DNA of 21,190 bases from Promethearchaeota archaeon (GTDB lineage: Archaea; Asgardarchaeota; Lokiarchaeia; Sigyniarchaeales; SOKP01): the NCBI GenBank assembly GCA_048939015.1, contig JBHLPW010000074.1, forward strand, positions 1 to 21,190, in the 5' to 3' direction. Positions 15,714 to 21,190 of the stretch are shown here, in pieces. Under the pieces are notes generated by a model, which made no database searches, was not told the origin of the DNA, and saw only the letters and a program-made list of their open reading frames with translations. Position 1 is the first letter of the stretch. Each line of letters starts with the position of its first letter. The position numbers and the translations under genes are program-made.

Positions 15714-16643
15714 TTAGCCAAATCCTAAAATTATTATTACAACCCAAAGAAGTATAAACGAGATAATTATTGTTAAATTTGTTACCATTCCAGCAAATCT
15801 CACATTATATTCGAATTCGACCGCAAAAGGGATGATAGCCAATCCTATGGGAAGAATTAGCGCAATGGTTAATATTCCTCTATATAATATATCAAATGGT
15901 AAAAGAAAAAATAAAGTGATCCCAATTATCAACCCAAACGAATACCTTATAAGTAAAACAATAATAACATTTTTCCATTGGGTTTTTTCAAATTTAAAAT
16001 TTAAGAAAATTCCTAGTAATAATAAAGTTAAAGCCATATTTGCTCTTGATAAAATATCTAATAAGTCTGAGACGAAAAGAGGGAATTCTAGATTAAATAA
16101 TTTTAAGACTAGTACAAAAATATAACTCATTAAAGGAGCTGATTTCAACAATTTTAGTAATATATTTTTAATTTGTTCTCTTCTATCTTGAAAATTATTT
16201 TTTGGTGAAAATATTAAACCTAAAATGTAACAAATAACAAAGATTACAATAGCATTCCCGATATCAAACATGGCTATATATTTAAGTCCTTCTTCGTTCC
16301 AGATTCCTTCAATTAATGGATATGCTAAATGCACAACATTGAATCCTATTATGGTCATAAACATCAAACCTTTAATCTCCCTTGGGTACTTCTTAAAGAG
16401 TAAAAAAGCTAAGCAAATAATAGGAATACAATAGAGAACAGAAATCAGAGTAATTAAACCTAAAGAGGCAGTAATTTCTATGGATCCCATAACTTTTAAA
16501 ATTAAAGCCGGCAATGTAACATTAAAAATTACTTTAGCTATGGTCTTTCCATTTTCTTCTGTAATTATGTTAAATTTCTTGAGGATATATCCAATTATAA
16601 TTATCGTCAGAGATAATAGAAAAACGTAGTTAACATCAGTCAT
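15714..16643 (-). CDS. AEC (auxin efflux carrier)/Mem_trans family transporter
   Basis: About 10 hydrophobic segments in two halves; IFNVTLPALI, N...LAYPLI...W...GL.Y...FDIGN, PLMS, L.L.LLG..L, LIRY, LP motifs. Confidence 0.85.
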   Translation of the reverse strand: MTDVNYVFLLSLTIIIIGYILKKFNIITEENGKTIAKVIFNVTLPALILKVMGSIEITASLGLITLISVLYCIPIICLAFLLFKKYPREIKGLMFMTIIGFNVVHLAYPLIEGIWNEEGLKYIAMFDIGNAIVIFVICYILGLIFSPKNNFQDRREQIKNILLKLLKSAPLMSYIFVLVLKLFNLEFPLFVSDLLDILSRANMALTLLLLGIFLNFKFEKTQWKNVIIVLLIRYSFGLIIGITLFFLLPFDILYRGILTIALILPIGLAIIPFAVEFEYNVRFAGMVTNLTIIISFILLWVVIIILGFG

Positions 16644-16792
16644 TTTTTCTTGAGAATGCTCAAGTTTTTTAATATAAAGTTTAATTGAAAAAAAGCTTTC
16701 TGATTACACATTTTTGTTGAAAATAAACCTTATTATAGGATTAAAATCAAATAGTACTATAAAAAAAGATCCAAAGTATTCAATTATACTAT

Positions 16793-18190
16793 GTGGAAGG
16801 TTTAATAGTAAAAATGGATGAAATTTATGAAATTGAACGTAAGAAGACTTTTAGAGCGATTTTCCAGCTATATTTTATGATCTACTTTTTTTATGGTATA
16901 TTGCCCGTAAATATAGATAATTTATTAATATATCTTCCAAATACTACCACGTTTGGAATTGGATTTTTACAAGCATTTACTTTAATCGTTGCAATAATAA
17001 GTATTCTATTTTTTGGGTATTTTGAAGATAAAATAGCAATTAAATATTCAAGAAAAAAGATTTTTATCATAACTAATCTTATTTGGATTTTATCATATGG
17101 ATTAATTAGCTTATCAACAAATTACTACTATTACCTAATTTTTTATCTTATAAGTTCAGTAGGTATAGGGGCATTCCTACCTATAGGATTTTCTATGATT
17201 GGAGATTTTTACACTCCAATAGAAAGAGGAAAGAAATTTGGTATTATGAATTTTGCTTTAATTTTGGGTAGTGGAATGGGGATTATTGGTGGAGGATTGC
17301 TTGGAAGCTATGTAGCAGGATCATTGGGATGGAGAATATCTTATGTTATCGGTTTTGTCTTGGGCGTAATACCCCTTATTTTTTATATAAAGGAGGGAAT
17401 TGAACCTGAACGAGGACGATCTGAACCAGAGTTTGAAGATTTTAAAGGAGAAATTAATTATAATTATAAAATTACATTTAAAAGCCTTATAGAACTTTTT
17501 AGAAAGAAATCTATTGGAGCTATTTTATTGTATGTGTTATGTTCTGGCATTGCAACCTCTACTCTTGGAATCTGGGGAATTTTTTATATTACATCAAAAA
17601 TAGGGGATGCTAATGCAGAATTAGCCGCTACAACAATATATCTTATTGCTGGTGCTGGAGCTCTTCCTGGAACAATCATAGGAGGAAAATTAGGAGATTT
17701 ATATTTGAGTAGAGGAAAAGTTAGGGGGCGTGCTATAATTTCTTTAATTGGAGTTATTCTTGGTGTATTATTTACACTATCTTTCTATTTAATTCCATTT
17801 TTCACCAATAACACATTTCAAATTGTTTTTTCTTGGATATTCTTTATAGTTTTGGGATTTTTTGGGTATTTTTTCGCAACGTTTTCAGTTGGAAATCAAT
17901 TCGCAATATATTCAGAGGTTTGCGTTCCAGAACTACGAAGCTCAGCGAATGCTATGAATGGTTTAATGGTAAATATAGGTGGAATTTTTGGAAATTTACT
18001 TCTATCTTACTTAATTGAAAAAGGTCTATCGTGGTTGCCTATAGCAATTTCCCTGGTTTTATTTATTTGGTTAGTTGGATCTTTTCTTTGGATTATACCT
18101 TACTTTTATTATCCAAAAGAGTCAAAATTATGCAGTGATATATTATTAAGAAGAAGACAGGAATTAGAAAAAAATGTGAAGAGCGCTTGA
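16793..18190 (+). CDS. Major facilitator superfamily transporter
   Basis: About 12 TM segments; motif-A-like FGYFEDKI....SRKKI and GGKLGD....RG; IGDFY...ERGK..G; WR.SY; PELRSSANA. Start is GTG 16793 or ATG 16814. Confidence 0.9.
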   Translation: MEGLIVKMDEIYEIERKKTFRAIFQLYFMIYFFYGILPVNIDNLLIYLPNTTTFGIGFLQAFTLIVAIISILFFGYFEDKIAIKYSRKKIFIITNLIWILSYGLISLSTNYYYYLIFYLISSVGIGAFLPIGFSMIGDFYTPIERGKKFGIMNFALILGSGMGIIGGGLLGSYVAGSLGWRISYVIGFVLGVIPLIFYIKEGIEPERGRSEPEFEDFKGEINYNYKITFKSLIELFRKKSIGAILLYVLCSGIATSTLGIWGIFYITSKIGDANAELAATTIYLIAGAGALPGTIIGGKLGDLYLSRGKVRGRAIISLIGVILGVLFTLSFYLIPFFTNNTFQIVFSWIFFIVLGFFGYFFATFSVGNQFAIYSEVCVPELRSSANAMNGLMVNIGGIFGNLLLSYLIEKGLSWLPIAISLVLFIWLVGSFLWIIPYFYYPKESKLCSDILLRRRQELEKNVKSA

Positions 18191-18249
18191 TCTATAACTT
18201 CTAAATAAATTATATAAGAATCAAATCTAGTTTAAATCATAGAAATATT

Positions 18250-18274
18250 AAACTGTTAATTCTCTTAACAGTTT
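18250..18274. terminator. Perfect 10-bp inverted repeat between convergent genes
   Basis: AAACTGTTAA-TTCTC-TTAACAGTTT between the MFS stop (18190) and the permease stop (18292). Confidence 0.5.
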
Positions 18275-18291
18275 TAATTTTATAATGAAAT

Positions 18292-20190
18292 TTATGGAAT
18301 ATCTATTTTTTGAAAATATAGTGTTGATATAACTAAACAAACTATAGTAATAGTCGATAATATTAAAACAATACCTGTAAGTGTTAACTTTATTGGAGTA
18401 ATAGTGAAACCTAATATCTCACTAAAAGGACCTGTAACTGAACTTAATCCTGCAGTTGAATTGGCAATCCAAATCCTTCCTAATTGTTCATAATAATAAG
18501 AATATGTAAAGAGAAGGGGCCATTCATGCCGAACAAGGAGTGGTAGAAAACTAACCAATGTAGGAACAATCGCAAAAAGTAACATTGGTATGAAAATAGC
18601 TAAACCCATTTTTTTGAACAATGTTGAGCATAAAAACCCTATAGCAAGTAATGGAATTAATGTTATTATGCCTATAAGAAAAATATATCCTCCAATAGAA
18701 AATAAATCATTAAAATATATTTTATCCACATACAATATTCCACTCAGTGCAAATGAAATTGATGAAGGCAACATTATTATAATAACAATAAAAATATAAG
18801 CTAAGAATTTTCCCCAAAGAAACTCCCAACGTCTTACAGGTTTACTAAAGAACCAAGATAATGATCCACTACTCTTTTCTCCGATAATACTCATCGAAGC
18901 AAAAGTAATGGAAAATGCTAATCCAAAATATAAAAAATAAAAAACAAGAAAGATATTTGTTATGTTCCGAATCTGATCAATACTGATACTGCCTAATATT
19001 CGATTTATCATTCTATATATTAAACTTAGTATAATTCCAGGCAGAATTCCAATACCCATAAATACTATAATCTTAAACTTGCTCTTAGCTAATTCATTTT
19101 TGAAAATAATTCCTAAAGAACTAAAATATCCACGGTTTTGTTGATGACGTAATAAAATAATAAAAAGAACTACAATTATTATTAATAAACTAACCCCAAA
19201 TCCAAAAATATTCCATTTGAACGAAGGATATTCAGTTATTTCTATTGTGATTGTGGATGTAAAATTATTTCTAAAACTATCAATACTTACAAGCGAAATG
19301 TTATGAATTCCAGTTGAAGTAAAATTAATGGGTAAACTACCGATATAATTTTTATGGAATCCTGAACCATTTATTTCATATTGAAATTGCCCATCTATTA
19401 AAATTTGGAAAGTGATATTTAGATAACCATCAATTATCGGGCTATCCCATCCTATCCAAGTTAGCTTTACAGATCTTTCAGCGGTTTGATATATTATATT
19501 CTCATCTGATATGCTTAACAAAGCAGGCATTGGGCCTGTAATATAATTTAGTGGTTTTGCTAAATCATTAAGAAATGATACATTTGAATTATTAATATAT
19601 ACTCTAGAAGAAGATAATCCATTTAGACTCACAAAATTTATCAAAGAATTTAAAACCTGAATTTGTCCATCTATTCCAAATTCATTAAGTTGAAAAAATG
19701 AACTATTTGTGATGTTGAGGTTTGCAGAATCAAATTTCCATATAGTAGTCGAGTCAGTTTTACTTGAAAATATACTTAACGAAGAAAAATCACGACATTC
19801 AATATTTTCTTCAATAGTTGAATTATAAACATTTACTACTGAAAGATCTGAAATAATAATATTACCAGTTATGCTTGAATCCTGTTGAATATTTAGAATG
19901 CCTGTATTGAACAGATAAATGCTATCATTAACAGTAGTATTGGTAAGGGTAATATTCGCATGTTCCATTATAAAAATAGTTTCATTGATATATCCATCTT
20001 CAATAAGTATAACATCATAATCATCATATACTAGACTCAAATTTGGAGAATCTTTTGAATGGGCTGGGTGAGATTTGTATAAATCTCGGAAGTGTGAGAT
20101 ATTATGAATTATCAAACAGGATATGGAAAGTGTAATTAATAAAATGATTAGAATAGCATACTTTTTAAATTTATAATTCTCACTTTTCAA
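18292..20190 (-). CDS. ABC-2/NosY-like permease with a large N-terminal extracellular domain
   Basis: C-terminal half has IFKNEL, SIIGEKSSGSL..FFSKPVRRWEFLWGKFLAY and about 6 TM segments. N-terminal ~320 aa has a signal/TM segment, Asn/Ser/Ile beta-repeats, an Ig-like domain and one more TM. TTG start 6 bp after the ATPase stop. Confidence 0.85.
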   Translation of the reverse strand: MKSENYKFKKYAILIILLITLSISCLIIHNISHFRDLYKSHPAHSKDSPNLSLVYDDYDVILIEDGYINETIFIMEHANITLTNTTVNDSIYLFNTGILNIQQDSSITGNIIISDLSVVNVYNSTIEENIECRDFSSLSIFSSKTDSTTIWKFDSANLNITNSSFFQLNEFGIDGQIQVLNSLINFVSLNGLSSSRVYINNSNVSFLNDLAKPLNYITGPMPALLSISDENIIYQTAERSVKLTWIGWDSPIIDGYLNITFQILIDGQFQYEINGSGFHKNYIGSLPINFTSTGIHNISLVSIDSFRNNFTSTITIEITEYPSFKWNIFGFGVSLLIIIVVLFIILLRHQQNRGYFSSLGIIFKNELAKSKFKIIVFMGIGILPGIILSLIYRMINRILGSISIDQIRNITNIFLVFYFLYFGLAFSITFASMSIIGEKSSGSLSWFFSKPVRRWEFLWGKFLAYIFIVIIIMLPSSISFALSGILYVDKIYFNDLFSIGGYIFLIGIITLIPLLAIGFLCSTLFKKMGLAIFIPMLLFAIVPTLVSFLPLLVRHEWPLLFTYSYYYEQLGRIWIANSTAGLSSVTGPFSEILGFTITPIKLTLTGIVLILSTITIVCLVISTLYFQKIDIP

Positions 20191-20196
20191 TTTCTT

Positions 20197-21132
20197 TCAC
20201 ACATTTTTTTTGTCTTTCTCTAGAGCTTTCATAAAAATTTGCTCAATTTCTAATCCAGTTAGACGAAATTCATTAACGACAACATTATTTTTTAATGAAA
20301 TCTGCGCCACAGTATTCCAAACTTGTTCTAAATCATTGGCTTCAATAATTAAAGAATCAGCTTCTTCTTCGATTTTTGAAGCAATTTTTTTAAGAGATTC
20401 ACGAAAAATATCAATATTAGGATTTATTCTAATCCTTTTTGACCCTAATCTTTCATTTAATTCTTGTGTTGAACCCTCCATAATAAGGTTACCTTGGTTA
20501 ATAATACCAATTGAATCTGCACTCATCTTTTGAATCTCTGGCAGTATATGAGTTGAGATTAACATAGTTTTTCCCTCTTGACGCAAATCTTTAAGTAAAT
20601 CGATCATTTGATTTCGACCAAGAGGATCAAGATTTGATGTAATCTCATCAAGTATCAATAATTCGGGATCATTCATTAAAGCTTGAGCAATCCCAATTCT
20701 TTGCTTCATTCCCGCTGAAAATTTAGCAATTTTTCTAGATCTCGCGTCTGTTAATTCAACTAATTTTAATAAATCTGATATACGAGTTTTTATTTCTTGT
20801 TTTGACATCTGAAAAATAGAACCGATATATTTAAGTAATTTTTCCGCTGTCAAATCTAAAAAATATGTTGGATTTTCTGGTACATAACCTATTAGTTTAC
20901 GGATATTAATTTTTTCTTTAGAAGTAATATTTTTTCCAAATATTTCTATTTCTCCAGAAGTTGGAAAAAGTGATCCAATTAGCATTTTTATCGTTGTAGT
21001 CTTTCCAGCTCCATTTGGTCCTAAAAATCCATAAATTCCCTTATCAACTGTTATATTTAATTTATTAACAGCAAGAGTGTTATTATCAAATATCTTAGTT
21101 AACTCAAAAGTCTGAATAATAGGATTTCTCAT
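20197..21132 (-). CDS. ABC transporter ATP-binding protein (ABC-2/CcmA/NosF-like)
   Basis: Walker A GPNGAGKTT, signature FSAGMKQR, Walker B LILDE, H-loop ISTH. Confidence 0.96.
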   Translation of the reverse strand: MRNPIIQTFELTKIFDNNTLAVNKLNITVDKGIYGFLGPNGAGKTTTIKMLIGSLFPTSGEIEIFGKNITSKEKINIRKLIGYVPENPTYFLDLTAEKLLKYIGSIFQMSKQEIKTRISDLLKLVELTDARSRKIAKFSAGMKQRIGIAQALMNDPELLILDEITSNLDPLGRNQMIDLLKDLRQEGKTMLISTHILPEIQKMSADSIGIINQGNLIMEGSTQELNERLGSKRIRINPNIDIFRESLKKIASKIEEEADSLIIEANDLEQVWNTVAQISLKNNVVVNEFRLTGLEIEQIFMKALEKDKKNV

Positions 21133-21190
21133 TATAAAACATAAAGTTCCTTTATTTAAATAGTCAACTATTCAGTACATAACGGTGTTA

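Noticed and set aside
9303-15747. Short overlapping ORFs within genes A and B, including the look-alike pairs 9875-10231/13723-13965 and 11551-11754/15291-15497
   Set aside because: Their similarity follows from the duplicated sense-strand DNA; no independent coding evidence.
15832-20533. Short ORFs 15832-16125, 17833-18018, 18590-18799 and 20210-20533
   Set aside because: Antisense or alternate-frame shadows of transporter genes.
1-21190. CRISPR array, tRNA/rRNA, IS element, integrase or invertase
   Set aside because: No regularly spaced repeat-spacer units, no GC-rich structured RNA segments and no recombinase or transposase motifs were seen; any shuffling of A/B would need host recombination or factors encoded elsewhere.

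Overview
AT-rich (roughly 30% GC by eye) archaeal-looking chromosomal window. TATA-box promoters, oligo-T terminators, an archaeal MoaD/SAMP and multi-module NosD-type surface glycoproteins suggest an Asgard archaeon (Lokiarchaeia/Promethearchaeota); this taxonomy is inference. Left to right: (1) a sulfur-relay cluster (NitT/TauT-type binding protein running off the left edge, MoaD/SAMP ubiquitin-like protein, TusA, ThiF/MoeB E1-like enzyme); (2) a + strand metabolic run (enoyl-CoA hydratase, Zn-dependent dehydrogenase that appears to need an ATT start, sulfatase, serine racemase-like PLP enzyme, orphan GlnD-like HD protein); (3) a KdgF-like cupin; (4) a tandem duplication (period ~3.74 kb, promoter and terminator included) of two ~1100-aa membrane-anchored beta-helix proteins; (5) AEC and MFS transporters; (6) an ABC ATPase plus an ABC-2/NosY-like permease fused to a large extracellular domain. 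The strongest signal is in the tandem pair: each gene has three variable beta-helix cassettes between DNA joints that are almost identical even at synonymous sites, with in-register and out-of-register matches and a 192-bp perfectly identical tail segment. This suggests a recombination/gene-conversion-driven variable surface protein system. No rRNA, tRNA, CRISPR array, transposase or integrase was seen.
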